50,752 nucleotides of DNA, taken from the NCBI GenBank assembly GCA_003990765.1, contig RBNJ01000026.1, positions 1 through 50,752 of the forward strand, in the 5' to 3' direction. Under the pieces are notes generated by a model that was not told the origin of the DNA, did no database searches, and saw nothing but the letters and a program-made list of their open reading frames with translations. Below, piece after piece: positions 12,937 to 27,456 of this stretch. Position 1 is the stretch's first letter; each line of letters starts with the position of its first letter. This DNA is from Jimgerdemannia flammicorona. Taxonomy: Eukaryota. Position numbers and translations under genes: made by a program.

Positions 12937-14090
12937 TGTGACAAACCAAGATGTACCACCCAAATTATACCTTAGCTAGATGATGTGAACAATTAGCCAG
13001 ATGATGTAAATATACAGCATAGTAACCAGTAACTATTGCTATGGAAACTGTATAAATAGCCAGACTACCAGATAAGGTATATCTGTATAGGACCTGCACA
13101 CCTGTACAGAACCTACACACCTGTACAGGACCTGCACAATCTGCCATAAGTAGCAAATCTATAGTTAGCTATATATATAGCAACCAGATAGCAACCAACT
13201 TGTATAACTTATCTCAGAGATAAGAGTGAATAAACCTCAGTCTGAAAGTTGAATACAAACCAAAGCAAAAGTCAATTGTCTGATATACTTAGGAGAAACA
13301 CCTGCCAAAAACCACTTGATCCAGGAAGGATTGCAATACTTAGGAGATATGCCTGCCAACAAGCCACTGCTAAGAAGTTGTGAGCTTGGTTCTCTTCTCT
13401 TTCACTCTGGTCTACTTTCTGATATAAAGCTGATTTTGCCACCCAAGTTCAAGGAAGAACTTCACTGCCATTTTCCAGTTGAAGCCATCAATTCAGGAAG
13501 AATCTGTACCATCCAAGTTAATTCTCAGTTAAGCTGTCATTTTTAAGAAGTTCACCAATTCAGGAAGAATCCACATCATCCACCATTTTTAAGTTATCTA
13601 CCACCAAAATCATTTGTTACTCCCAGTGAGCCCAAGTTATTAGGATATCTGCCACCAGTATTATTTCAGTAATAAGAACTATACCATATAATTCCCAGTG
13701 AGCCAAATCGAGTTATCCGTCAAATTATCAGAATGTCCTGCATAAGGAATCCACTCATACTATACAGGATCGTCATATGGAGATCATCACACTACACAGA
13801 GATCATCACACAGAGATTGCATACTTTTGGAGATTGTTGTACTACATATGAAATTCTACCAATTCCCAGTTGACCCAAGAAGGAAACCCATTCACACACA
13901 TACAAATTGCTACTACACCTATGAACCCATCCCAAAAAGAAAACTGCTTGCACAGTATCCAGATTTTGACTATTGTACCACTAAACACCAAGAACATTTT
14001 ATTGCTTTTTAACAAAGTAACTGGGGGCTCAAGCTAAACTACATCAACCTCCAACCTTATAATTTGCCTCCATTGAGCTGGTATATTATA
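12937..14090 (+). repeat. 3' LTR of Gypsy A
   Basis: Starts TGTGACAAACC after the PPT-like AGTGGGGACTGA (12925-12936). End mutated to TATTATA. Confidence 0.92.
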
Positions 14091-17000
14091 ATATATCTTG
14101 AGCATTAAGTAAGAAATCTGACAATAATAATAAGTTTTCCAGAGATAATAATCTTACTTCTGAGGAGTTATAGAGTAGAATGAAGCCATATATATATATA
14201 TATTCAGATATAATATATATATTCTTATAAGTTTAAGTCAAAAGTCAGCAAGTATATATTTTTTAAGTATTCTAGCAAGATATACTAACTCTGGAATCTA
14301 CATAAATATTATATAGTAATCTTGTATAATATATAGTTTAACAAAAAAAGAAAATCAGAAACCCTGTATAGATATATCTATTAGAACTTCTACTTTAATA
14401 TTTTAACAAATATAATATCTAGTACTAATCTCTCTGATAAAGTAAAATTATTTTTAATTACTATATATACCTAAGCCAGAGTTATCTGAGCTAAGGATAA
14501 TGAGATTAAAAATAATAAGACCAATAATAATAAGGGGTCTTCTATGAAAAGTAAATAAAAGTACTCTAATATTCACTAAGAAACTCATACTAATTTAAGG
14601 AGTTATTGAGATATATCTATAATATCTTGATATAAAGATTATATAAACTATACTGAGATATATGAATGCATGTTTATTGCAACTTCTGATAAGTCAAATA
14701 TATATAATAAAGCAATAACTTTCTCTAATGATAAGAAATAGAAATAAGCTATAAATGAAGAGTTTAATTTACTTATTGAAAATGACATATAGGATCTGAT
14801 ATCTCTTTTGAGCAATTGACAAGTCATAGGATTATAATGAATATATAAGATCAAGTACAAGAATGATAGAAGTATATATAGAACAATATAAAGTATACTT
14901 TATTACTAAAAGTTATTTGCAAGATTATAGTATTAACTATGATGAGATATTTTTACCTTATCTTGCTGAGAATACTTCTTATAATCAGTACTATATACAA
15001 TCTGAAATTTATCAGATAGATATAAAGATAGCTTTTCTTAATAGTAATATAGATATAAAGCTATATATTTGCTAGCTATAAGGATATGAGTAGAATAATG
15101 ACCTTATATATAAACTATATAAATAATCATATAGCATCAAATAAGCAGTCTGTTTATAAAATAGAAAAATTAATAAATATCACCTTGACAATAGTTATAC
15201 ATATTGTAAAGTAGATAACTTTATATATATTCAATACTATACCAATAGAGTAGCTTTTATCAGCATTTGGATTGATAATATAATTAAAAAAAACTCTGTA
15301 TAAGAAATTTAAGATAACTAATATAGGTGATGTATCCTTTTCTTGAGGATATTTATTATATATAATAGGAGCATATATACTATATACCTCTTATAGATAG
15401 CTTATATTCAAGTTATCTTAGAACAATTTAGTATAAATGAATGTAAGCCATCAATACTCCTATAGATACATTCTTAAAGTTAAAGAAGCCCAAGATAAAT
15501 AATAATAACAATAATATTCTCTATTTACAAGTAGTCAGTTCTCGCATATATCATATATCAGAAATGATATCTAATATTTTATATACTATAAATAAGATAA
15601 TACAATACTCATCATACTATAATAATTTGTATTAGAGTACTATTAAGAGGATTTTCAGATATATTAAAGGAATAATATACTATATACTCATTCTCAGTAA
15701 ATTGAGAGAGAGCAATAGTAATAATATAACTATCTAGTGAGTATGTATAATGCTAATTAGATTAGAGACTTAGATGATTGCTAATCTGTAACTAGATACT
15801 TCTTTTAGTTAAATAATAAAGAAGTATTTTTATAGTAAATATATAAGCAGTCCTCTATGGTAACTTCTTTTATTTAGGCTAAATATTAAGTTCTTTTTAT
15901 TATAATAAAGAAAGTCATTTGGCTATACTAATTATTAAAGGAGCTAGGCTTTAATCAGAAATAAAACCCTATACTTATATATCTATCAGAATAACCAATC
16001 TATAATTACTATGATAAAGAACTCTATATATTACTCCAGAATAAAGCATATTGATATATAGTACTATTATATAAGAGATTATATGGAGAATGAGACTATA
16101 TGCTTAAAATATATCTCTATAGAGTATACAATTACAGATTCACTCACCAAAACCCTTCTAGATCCTAAATTCTAGCAATGTACTAAAGAAATAGATCCTA
16201 TGGCAAACTATAAACTAGCAATAGATAATAATAGATAATTATGAAATATTTTATAATAAAAACAAAGCAGAAAAATAATACAATATATCTCTCTACACCT
16301 CTCTCTCTTTAAGCATTATATTGCACTATTCTTTCTTTTTTTTTCTTCTATATTTAAAATTTTCTAACATTAAGATCTATCTATATCTTTTATTTTTACT
16401 ATAGTTTCTTATGTTTTAAGTATAAATAGATAGTATTCTTTTAGTATATTTATAGTTATTTAGCAGTTATTATTTAATTATACTGTATTCTTATATTTAA
16501 TATCTAGCTATAATATTTGAACCCTATGCTTCTCCTAAAATAAAGTTGCATCATGAGAAGTCACTTAAATCCAACTCATAGACATTAGAACTATAGTAAA
16601 GAGAAAAACCATGATTGAAGTTCAATGTATGTATATTTGGAAGAAAAAAGAAGATATAAGAAGAGTAGATATAATAAGCAAAACTGGCTCAGGACTAACA
16701 GTACATAAAACAAAATTGAGAAGTACAAAAGATGGGAGAGAGAGAGGTAGCAAAAATAAGTATATGTACTTAGCATATATGTAAAGTATATGTATGAAAT
16801 ACTTGAGTAAAAATCAGATATAAAGTAGAAATATATATTAGATAGTATGATAGAGAGATATTTTCTAGCTAATACAAAAGTGAGCATATTGGCACCAAAG
16901 ACTTACACTATACCAAAACTCTTACATTATCTATATAGTATCCAAAACATTTCTACAACTATTGACCTGTGATTTCTAATGAAACCTCTCATTATATTTA

Positions 17001-17209
17001 TATTCTACTTATATTATATATTATACTTATTGAGTAGAAGTGTAAAAATTCCCATTATTGATATCTTAATAATATAGCTTATATACATATATAACTATAT
17101 CTTCTTTGAATTATATCACTTGATATATAAATATATACTATCTAAAATAATAAATAATACTCTATTCTCTCTTTCTTCAATATCTATTCTACTAAGTTAT
17201 AATATATAT

Positions 17210-18080
17210 TTTAAAGTAGTTGATGTAGACTGAAGTCCTCAAGGTTCATCTATCTATACTTTTTATATAAATACTAGTTTCTCTGATATTGTATATAAGA
17301 TAAGATTCTTCTCATTTGGGCTCCAATTTAGTAGTAAAGTTGAATTTAATCATACTTCTTTAAATAAGAACTTAATTACTAATATTAATCTTCAATTCTT
17401 CTTTTTCTGATCATAATACTTCTTTATCTTTTCTGGGCCTTGATTATCCAAGCTGAAGCTTGATTATATAATTATTCTGTCTTTTTGAGAAGATCTCTAA
17501 GGTTCTTATAATTAGTAGTTCTGATTTTTCTTAACAAATACCATCTCAAATAGCTTTTATTTAGTAGAGATAATAGGTGTGTTCTGAATTTCCCATAGGA
17601 TCTCAAGTAAGCAGAGGTTGGTTTATTTATTCTATTATATTATTAGTTTAAAGATAGTATAATATAGTTTATTTCAAATAGATCTTAAAAACTCAAGTAT
17701 AACTTGTAATTATATTATTAATAAATTCTGTATCTCAATTAGAGATAAGTTCTTCTGAGAGTCTATATCTGAATATAAGATCATAAAAAAGACCAATAAT
17801 GATCAAGATATCAGTAATTTCTATTAGGAAAGCTTTAGGCTATTTGGTTAGATATTTTACAAATACTAAGATATATTTATATAATTGACAGAGGTTTGAT
17901 AATATCTACTCTCTATCTTTGAAAGATATAGACTAGTAGTATAATTGGTAGTAGTAGTACTTGATAGTTCTTCTTTCTTTAATACTTCTAATAGGTATCA
18001 TATTTCTTAAGTATATCTCTGATCTGTATTCTAAGATTGAGTTAGTATTGGTTTATTATTTATAGCTTTTTCTTCTATAT
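17210..18080 (-). pseudogene. Degraded integrase/3' pol fragment of a family-A-like Gypsy, inverted
   Basis: Reverse complement aligns by eye with ~11440-12350 (e.g. AAATTGGAGCCCAAATGAGAAG vs AAACTGGAACCCAAATGGGAAG; AACCTCTGCTTACTTGAGATCCTATGGGAAATTCAGAACAC). Confidence 0.8.
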
Positions 18081-19739
18081 TTAGGGGTTGTCTAAAGTAT
18101 CAATAATTATAACTCAGCAGTACTTAAATTATTTTTAGATTGGCTATATGAACTTCTAGTTTATTATTGAATTAAAGTATATATAAAAACTATATAATAA
18201 TAAAATATAACTATATAAAAATAAAATATAGCTAATAAGTCAATCTAGTATCAAAAATTATTAATATTTATATTAAATACTAAATTTAATATAACTGTCA
18301 AGAGGTTTAAGAAACCCTCAGCTTGTATTATATCATTAGTTTCTTCAGCTCTCTAATACTAATCTCTTAGTTACTCTAATATCTCATTAAATTGTAAATG
18401 ATATCTACCTGCTTCTCTTTCAGCTTCTTTCTGAACTGATAGTACTTCTACTACTTATTGACTCTAGTAAACTTCAAATCTACTCTCAGCAAAAAGTTGC
18501 TGAAATACTATCCAACAGGCTGATGTAAGTAACTGATTTCTATACTGTAATAGTGATTTCAGAATAATGATATCAGCATAGGAGACAGCCTTTCCTTACA
18601 AGCCACCAGATCAGAGTATAGGAAGATTATATGGTATGACTCATCCAGGCTACAAGATGAGCAATAATGATCAATCATGAGTCATTGTGACTATGAGACA
18701 GATATCTCAAGAAATATAAAAGAAGAATCAAGAAACCACAGTAGCAGTAATCCAAACAAAGCTTGTAGAAATAGTTCTAAAGACTTACTACAAACAAAAT
18801 GCCTGCTACTCACTAAACCTCAAGGTCCAGGAACCACTAAGACCTCTCAGTCTAGGAAAGGATACTTCAAGACATCAGAAGAGCTATGGAGATCTATACA
18901 AGAAGGACTCCTAGTATTAACCTGGGTACTGGTGACACTTACCATTATATTCTCTACTGCTATGAAATAGAAACAAGGATCACTATTGCTACTAAATGTC
19001 TCTGGATATGGTGGAAGTATGAAATAGGAAACCTTCTTTACCAGGAGTTCTCTCAGGCCAGTCCCCAGGAGATTCAAGATATCACTCTCATGGATATATA
19101 TAAAATAAGAACAGTAAAGAGGATTTATCAGGTCTTCTAGCATGTATTATAGTTGATCCCCAACTTGGAGTATACTAGGATCTCAGACTTCAAGAAACTA
19201 TCTACTTACTGCACCAATATACTAGAGGTCATGGTGACCACAGAGACTCAGGCTACTATTACCCTTAATAGTGATGAAGTAGAAGACTTCTGGTATCCTA
19301 TCCTTCAGGACAACCTAGATCAATTCATATAAAGATTGATCTCAGTATTCCAAGGCCCTAGTATCCAGATTAGACCTCCCCAAGACCCCACATTTGTTCC
19401 TTATTTTGTAGAAGAGAATGTCATAGATTAGAGAGCCCCTACTATAGCTGAATGTGATGACATATATGAACTGCATGACATATGTAATGAGACAGATGAA
19501 ATGTTTGTAGACCTCATCTCTTTTGAAGATATCCTATCTCTGATCTCTGGCCTTGATAGTAACAAAGATGAAGCCCCCATAGTCCTGAACTTTCTACTCT
19601 AAGTTCTTAGTAACACCAGATTCTATCTGCATCCTTTTTCTATATAACTGTTATTCTTCTTTATAGTTACTTGGACTTTACCATTTATTACTATTCTATA
19701 AAATAAGTTTATAATATTACCTCCCACTATCTGATTCTT

Positions 19740-22700
19740 ATGTGAGAACCTCCCCCTGCATCATTAACAACAAAGTTACCTTCACACCTATTACTCCCAC
19801 CCTACCCCCACTCTGCCCACAAATCTTCTCTACCAAGTGATGCCATTGCCCACCCTGTAATCTCCAACCAAGCCATCAGTCTGTCAGAGTGTCTTCCATT
19901 AGTCTATGCTAGTGCAGCAGCTGATCCCCCAGGCTCAATCACCTCCCTTCTTCAAAAACAAGCAACCAGTGACCTGCCAACCCCACTCAAATTGCCAAAG
20001 TCCAACCCAATGTGAGCCACTCCTTTCCCACCCTCTCCACCAGTCTATCCCTCAAGTCCTCCCACCAGTCCTACATATGTACCATTTCCCCTATATGCTA
20101 CTCCCAAACAATCTCCAACAACCCTCCAAAAGTCACTAAGTACCTCATACTCTCCTAGCCAATGTTTAGGTGTCTGTATATATCTCCCAACCTGCCCTAC
20201 ATTATAGCACTCCTCACAGTCAAAACAACCCCCCATGACAAGGTGGCCTGAACAAAAGTTGAGCATGACATTTCTCCTCAATATGCACCACCAGATCACC
20301 CAGTACTTCAGTGGCATCTACCTCCGCACCTCAGCACTCTATGCCCAAATACCATGCCAGTCTTACTTCTCACCAATCCCCACCCCCTGCCATCTGCTAG
20401 GCCACAGATTCTGGCCTGGTCCTCATTGGCAGTCTATCTCATCACCAATGTCAAACTCGATTAAGGGCATGCCTCTCAGCAATACACAATCCCATCTCCA
20501 CATTACCAGGTCCCAAGCCTCATCTCCTTCATTTCCTCACCAACATATTTCAATACAGTGTACCCTCTCTACTACTCCCCACCAGAATCCTTTGTAATGT
20601 AGTTGGGCAATGTTCTGAAGTCCAACCAATGATAGGAAATCTCCTATTGAGCCTCTTGGTGAAGACCTCAACTCCCAAACTTTCTGCAAGAGCAGAACCC
20701 AACTGCCTCCTCTCAGCTCCATTACTCTCTTCATCCACCATACTCTCAGGCAATGTAGCCTCTTCAGGAAGTCAACCAGTCCAAGACCTCCTCTTTCCAC
20801 TGGTAAGGACAAGACCTCCCAACTGATCTGACTCCTCCTTCCAGCCCAGATCCACCCTTTGGTCAGCTTCAATAGTCTCTTTACCACCCAGGCTGGGAAA
20901 TCCAAATGATAAGCCAGATACCACAACTTTGGCAGCCAATAGACATTCAGAACTGATACACACCCCACCAGAGACAAGTGGCAACCTCCCCAGCTCCACA
21001 GGGCCTCCCCCAGACTCCTATTCACTGTTCCCACCAGAGTCTGGAAAGTGCTGATCTATATACTGACAAATAAATACCCAAGTACCACACTACCTCACCA
21101 GCAGGGACAATCATTCCAATAATGTCTCCCCCTACCAGGCCATTACCTAATACCATTGTCTCATACTTATACTAATTGAGTTTGGCCTCTGAGTTCATCT
21201 CATACCACTCCACTGTCTTCTTGAGCTCTTCAACATCAGTAATAGATCCCCGACTAACCACCATGGCATCTGCAAAGGCCCCAACTTTCCACCCAATTCC
21301 ATAGATATTGAGCCCTTCTATCTTCCTCTGAATTCTGTCCATTAGGGGTTCCAGTGAAAGAGTATACAGAATGGGGGTCAGTGGGTCCCCCTGCAGAACA
21401 CCCCTTCTCAGGGGAAATGGTACCCCTCTATACCCATTACAAATAAGTGCAGCCCTACTCCCTTCTAACAGGCTGACTATCACTAACCGGAACTAGTGTA
21501 GAACTCCAATTCTGTCCAATACTTTTGCTAGCCAGACTCACCTCACCCAGTCATAAACCTTCTCCTGATCTAAGAACACCAGTCTCCTATCTAGTCCACA
21601 AGCTCGTGCCCCTTTGATAATACCATGCACTCAGGCCATGCCATCTCTAATGAGCCAGCTGCCTACAAAGCCCCTCTGCTCAATACTCAAAACTTGCTGG
21701 GCCACCTTCTGTAGCCTCATGACTACCATCTTTGTGACCAATTTTCTGTCCATATCCAGCAGCATGATCAGCCGCCAGTTCTTCCAGTCCTCTCTCCTTC
21801 CTTTGTTCTTATAAAGCAGTAATACCAGCCCCAGATCCTGCTCCCCCACTCATCTCCCTGTCTGTAGGATAAAGTCACACAGTGCTGTCATCTCACCTAG
21901 TACTCTGGGAACTCCCACCATTTTCTTCCAGAAGTTCCAGGGCAGACCATCCTTCCCAGGTACAGTGCCCAGCATTGTCACCACAAGAACCTGGTAAATC
22001 TCTTCTTCTTGAACTGGCAGCACCAAGTCCTCCAGCCCATCCACTTGTGGGAGGTGCCAATCCTCCAATATCTGATCAATAGCATTAGGGTCAGCTCCAC
22101 CCTCCTCCTCACTCCACAATCCACTCTACCACTCCTTAAGCAATCCAAGAATGTCTTGTACACTATGTACTAGTATACCCTTATAGTCAATCACCCCCTC
22201 CTATCGTTACTGTATCCTTCTCACCTAAAGGGCCCTTGTGAGGTACTTTGAGGGCCTCTCCCCTTCCTCCAAATTCTGCCAACAAAGCTGTGCCACTAAG
22301 CTCTGTACTCTGGCCTCCTCCTCTTCCCATAGCATCTGTTGCAATTCTTCAACTTCCAATTTAGCCCTCCTCAACCTCCAGTCCTCACCTCCCACTGATG
22401 TTACAAGGCCTGCCCAGTCCTTTAAGAGTCAAGATAGCCTACCAGTAGCCCATCTCACCCATCACCTCCTCTGCTTCTCTACCTCCCTACCAATCTCACT
22501 CCAGTAGGCCCTTGTCCTCTCTTTCAACCTCATCTACTAAATACCAACAGGGGTACCTTTCTGTCTCCAGCTTGTCACCCTTAGTTGTATATCTTCAGCC
22601 CACTCATCCCACTGTCTCCCATCATCTAATAAAGAGACATTGAGGTGTCAATGTCCAGGCCTATTCCTACTTCCCCTGAAATGTCCTCATCCTAACAACT

Positions 22701-23385
22701 CTCAATAATCTGACCATGGACACCATTCTATCTCCAGTGACTTCTAGACATCCAAGCCCCAGCAGCTAGCAGTCAAAATCCAGTCAATCCTTGTCCCCAG
22801 ACCCCCTGCCCAATGTGTGTACACTCTCCTATCTCTCTAGCATTTCCTATCTACATCTACCAGAGCACTAAGTCTTTCCACTTCCTCCCATGCCACCAGC
22901 CCTCCACTCCTAGTCTCAGCTCCCCAGCCACCATCTGTTCTATCCAATCATGCATCCTGGACTATGTTGAAATCTCTATCAAGCATATTCACTCTAGCTT
23001 CTGCAAGAACCCCACTCTCCTGAAGACTCTGCACCTAATCTACAAATTCACCCTGCACAGCGGGGCAATAACAGGAGCCCACCATGACCAGCTCCCAACC
23101 CATATATATCCATTCTCCCCAGACCAGTCTATCTCCCCAGCTCCTCACATCCCATATCTCCCCTCTGCCTTTCCAGACCAGAATTCCCACCTTGCCCTTC
23201 CAGACTGCCTCTCCTCCCCATTCCTTCATCCAATCTAGTCTATCCAAATCATCTTCACACTGGACATCCTGCAATAGAAAGAGATCAGCATCCAATCCCT
23301 TCAGCCAAGTAAAAATGTTCCTATGTCAAAGAGTACTCCTCAGCCCATTTACGTTCAAAGAAAAAATGTTGGTTATACTATTCAT
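19740..23385 (-). pseudogene. LINE ORF2: APE endonuclease, reverse transcriptase, C-terminal Cys/His finger
   Basis: MNSITNIFSLNVNGLR, LFLLQDV, RIDWIL, PGKDGLP, NWRLIMLLD.D.K, GVLQGDPLTP, AFADAMVV, YLG, LPVERGGLGL, CFDC...H. Disrupted by stops. Confidence 0.9.
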
Positions 23386-23416
23386 AGTGAAATATGGTGT
23401 GTTATCTCATCCAACC

Positions 23417-25264
23417 CTACTGCTCCATGTTCCTCACTTCCTGCACTAAGTCTAGATTATATTCCACAGTCACCGCCTCCTCCTCAGTCCTCTGAGCCTC
23501 CAATCCAGCCAACAGCTCATTCATCTCTCTATCTGCCTTCTCCTCGAACTCTTCCCAGTACTCTAGGCAGGCCTCCTGCCAGAGCTGCAAACCATGATGC
23601 TTGGTCCAGCAGTATTCAGCCCTCTCGCCAGCAACACCTGCCAATTCTGCCTCTCACTCCTCATCCACCTCATACCCTTCCTCCTCCAAATAAACAGCAA
23701 GAATTTCTGCCTTCAATACCAACACCACTCCATCCCCCTGCAGGATCCTCACCCAATACTCATCACTCATAACCCTCAAGTCCACCTCCCCCAACTCATC
23801 AGCCATCAGGTTATTCATCATCTGATACATCCAAAGTAAGTTTCCTACCTCCTTCCCTCCAGAAGTCACTGGCCTCCCTCCATCCAGCATTGTGGTGTCA
23901 GCTCTGGCACTTGCAGACTCATCCCATGCCTCAGAGACATCCACTAGTTCCTCCTCCCTGGCTGCTACCCCTTGTCTCCTGTCCACTACCTCTGGAACTC
24001 CAAATTGAACTTGCTGGGCCCCCCACATAAGCACATCCTCCTCCATCCTTCATCAGGAAGCCGGACCACATCTGATAAGTGGGGTTGGGGTAGGTGAGGC
24101 TTCCCCATCCTCCTCCCAGACCTCCAACATACCATCAGCATAGAGGTCATTGCCCACCACCTCCTTGTCCTCTCCAGTCTCCTTCTCAGTGCCCCCACCA
24201 CTCTCACCTGCCCAGACACTCACTTTAGCATCTGCTATCTCCACCATTCCACCTGCATTCTTCTGTGACCTCCTCTCCAGCTTTGCCAGCAGCTCCTTCT
24301 GTCTCTTGCACCCCTGAGCCCTTTCTCACTATCTCTTGTCTACTCAGATCTGCTTCCCATCCACTACCTCCAGGCATGTGGACTCCACAAATACCTTTCA
24401 AGCCTTTGCCCTCCACTTCACCATGCCACCCAGCTCTTCCAGCACTTCCAACAAGTCCTCTTCCTCCTCCTCACTCCCCTTCACCCTTGTCACCTTGCAC
24501 AAGATTGCCCTCCAGACTATTACTGAAGGCCAGTCTCTCACCTTTCTGGTAGCTTCCTTCTCTGCCAGCCAAATCCTCACATCAACATCTCTAGTCCAGA
24601 GTGAGGTCCCTTTCCATACTCTAAAGCTGATGTCTACCACATCACCATACTCTGTCATAACCTCTTCAACTCTCCTTCTTGTCTCCACTGCTGTTACTGT
24701 AGATACCCCTTTCACCAACAGTTGTACCACCCTGGGATTCCACCTCAGACAGTGCATCATCAGAACACACACCTCCCCAACTGTCAATCCCACCTTCAGT
24801 GCCTCCTCCAACAGCTCAGCCTCCTCAAATCCCACCTCTACTCCCTCCAAACCCTTCAGAAACTTTATGGATACTGCTCCAGCCATCTGTTTAGTGATGA
24901 GACCCAGTACCATTTTTGCCATCACTACTAGGCCCCAGAAGCATAGAGTAACTACAAATGCCAAGATCAACTTCTTGAGTAATGGAGCCACTGCCAGGCC
25001 CATCACACCATCAGCCAAATCCTCTGATCTTCCAAGCCCCTGCCACTCAGTCCCACCATTGGTAGTTACATCTGGATTTTTTTCCAGATTGGCAGTCCCA
25101 TCTCCATCAGCTGTCATGCTCCCCCCAGCCACTATACCCCCAGCTCCACTGCCCCCACCACCAAGGGCTACTCCTCCCTGTACTGCTGTCTTCCCCACCT
25201 CCTTGCCTCTCCTCAGCCATCCCTCCAGCCCAGACACCTACTGTCTCCCCTTTACCATTTCCAT
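23417..25264 (-). pseudogene. LINE ORF1 (gag-like, fragmented)
   Basis: Long purine-rich ORF pieces (24398-25237, 23654-24046, 23417-23644) directly upstream of ORF2 and inside the TSD-bounded element. Confidence 0.65.
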
Positions 25265-27401
25265 GAAGCTCACCCTTCCAGACCCTGGTTCTCTACCACT
25301 GCCTCCTCCTCTACCACATCCTCCTGCCAGCAGTTCCCTCATACCTCCCCCCAGCCCAGGGCCTTGCCCCACCTGCTGCCAGTCAAACTTGCTTGGGCCA
25401 CCCTATCTAGTATGTACCTCAGATTGCTGGTCAGTCACTATGTTGCTAGTTACTTTCTCCAATAAACAGTGTTGTAAATGCTTTCCAAAGATTGTATAAC
25501 CTGAATGATACTGGAAAGAGCCATGCTGTATAACTGTTATTCTTCTGGCATTCTGATCTTGTATAACTCAAAATTCTTCTGGTATTCTTTTTCTATATCA
25601 TCAAAATTCTACTGGCATTCTAAACTTATACAATTACTTATACAGACAACTATAGTTTTCTATGTTCCAGTATTTTATTTGGTTATTGGAATTTATATTT
25701 AGCTTTATAACTTAGCAACCATTAAATTATTTTGTATAAATACCCCTCTTATTTCCTTTGAAATAAAGTTAGTTCTAGTTTACTTACTCTCAATTCCATG
25801 CAAGCAATCTAAAAGATAATAAGATAGTTTAAAGATAAGAAGTTTGAGGACTATAAGATCTTGGAAAGGTACTCCAATAAGAACTTGCTTATAACAAACT
25901 TGAGGTTAGTCTAAGAGATATATCTTGGAGAGAATCTGATATATTTGAAGAACTCAGCAACCACTATGTGACAACTTAGTATCTATTGGCTGGTGATTTA
26001 AGATGAATCCCTCACTTTCAAGCTAAAAAACAAACAACCACCACAATAACTACTCTGACTACAAGAGTCACCCCTGCAAGAATTCAAGACAAGATGGAAA
26101 TGTGTCTCTCTACATTCTATAGATAAGAGTCAATCCTGATCTTTATTAAAGACTTTGAACAATTTGCTACTATATGAGCCCTTGGCATAGATGCACAATT
26201 GGCCCTTCTATCTGTTAGTCTCAGAGGATCTACCAGAGACAAGTTCAATATAGCCATCATTGCTGATACTAGTGTAGCCAAACTGGTCAACATAAAGACC
26301 TTTCTCAGAACTACATACTATATTGAAGAGATCAAGCAAGCTCTCAAAGATTAACTCAATACTATCTGCCAGGGACTCAGTAAAGATTCCAACTCATTCT
26401 ACACTTGAATCTGCTACCAGATTGTCTTGGCTAACTATGATGATCACCTCAAGAATCAAATAGCTGATTCAACCTTTCTTAAAAGAGTTCATCCTGAAAT
26501 TGTCCTAGCAATCTGATCTATCCCAGCTGCTCTGATCCTTGATCAGAAAGTGATCTTTTTATAGAGATATTGGACTGCCAGACACCCTGCTGAATACTTA
26601 ATAAAGAAAATAACTAGCATCAAGAGAGAGCCATCAAAGTCAACCAGTATCATATCTGCCACAGTTGTAAACAGACAACTATTCCCACCTATTCCTGAGG
26701 TAGCCAAAGCTGACCTAGTAGAGGAACTCACCAAGCAGTTTACTGAGATAACTATATACCTTAGTGATATTGTTAGAGAAGTCTGAAGTACCAATAGGAG
26801 ACCAGTACAGAGATTTGCAGTTGTTACAGAAGAATGCAATATCACATACTTCAGATGTAGAGAAGAAGACCACTATACAAAGAGTTGTATGACTGAAATA
26901 AGATACAAAGTCCAACCAAGCAATGCTACCAGAACTAGAGAACAAACCAATACAGTAGTCATTGAGGAGATTAGTGACACTGATGATGAAGAATACTAAA
27001 AAGAGTCTGAATTCTACTCTGTTACTGAAGATGCCAGAACCTGGTCCAGCCCTATGATATGAAGAGCAACTGCAAGCCAGTTGGAAGACCAAAGAAGACT
27101 CTAGCTGTCATTATTCAAAGCAAGACCCAATCTGAGGAGATTGATCAATATATGGAGCTAGATGAAGCTGCTCACCAAATTATTGAAGATACTACTTCAG
27201 TCTCAGGAGAAAGTAAAAGCAAGAAAGAACAGAAGCTATGTAAGACTAAGATCTTATAAGGATCTCAAGGAATAGAAGGTCAATACTACTTTTGGACAAC
27301 TAGCTAAAGTCCCTGCCTTTAGACAGTAGTTGAGAGTAGGACTTACAACTACTACTAAGAATCAAGAGTATAAGATTGTAGAAGCTCACAATGCACAAAA
27401 A

Positions 27402-27456
27402 GAATCTGAAGACTCAGGTGAAAAATCTGAAGACTCAGGTGAAAAATCTGAAGACT
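27402..27456. repeat. 21-bp tandem duplication (AATCTGAAGACTCAGGTGAAA x2.5) in Gypsy B gag-pro linker
   Basis: Directly visible; unit length is a multiple of 3. Confidence 0.85.

Larger units (their letters stand above)
4273..14090 (+). mobile_element. Full-length, inactivated Ty3/Gypsy LTR retrotransposon (family A)
   Basis: Two ~1.14-kb direct LTRs, PBS and PPT. Gag with CCHC knuckle, protease (DTGA), dUTPase, RT (YMDD), RNase H and integrase in Gypsy order. ATAT(AT) on both flanks. Many stop codons. Confidence 0.95.
3936..17195 (+). mobile_element. Ty1/Copia relic, internally deleted and interrupted by Gypsy A
   Basis: Related ~155-bp direct repeats at ~3936-4090 and ~17041-17195 (LTRs, with a purine tract before the second). 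Integrase remnant at 4130-4270 continues after 14090. RT remnants (YKV..ITKSYLQ..INYDEIF, QIDIKIAFLN) at ~14860-15700 and RNase H remnant (KHIDI.Y.YIRD, DSLTK.L) at ~16040-16160 give Copia domain order IN-RT-RH. Confidence 0.7.
19661..25525 (-). mobile_element. Full-length non-LTR retrotransposon (LINE, L1/Tx1-like) with 21-bp TSD
   Basis: TSD CT(A/G)TATAACTGTTATTCTTCT at 19640-19660 and 25526-25546. The site is single-copy in the 3' LTR (32775-32795). ORF1 and ORF2 lie on the minus strand. Confidence 0.93.

Noticed and set aside
16591-16887. Hydrophobic Y/F/L-rich ORFs in AT-rich zones (also 14648-14860, 34743-34970)
   Set aside because: Compositional artefacts of hypermutated AT-rich DNA.
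24336-25499. 387-aa plus-strand Ser/Pro/Thr-rich ORF
   Set aside because: It is the antisense shadow of the purine-rich LINE ORF1; low complexity with no domain motifs.
25977-25990. tRNA-iMet PBS for Gypsy B (TAGTATC from TGGTATC)
   Set aside because: Match too short and mutated to assign a primer tRNA.
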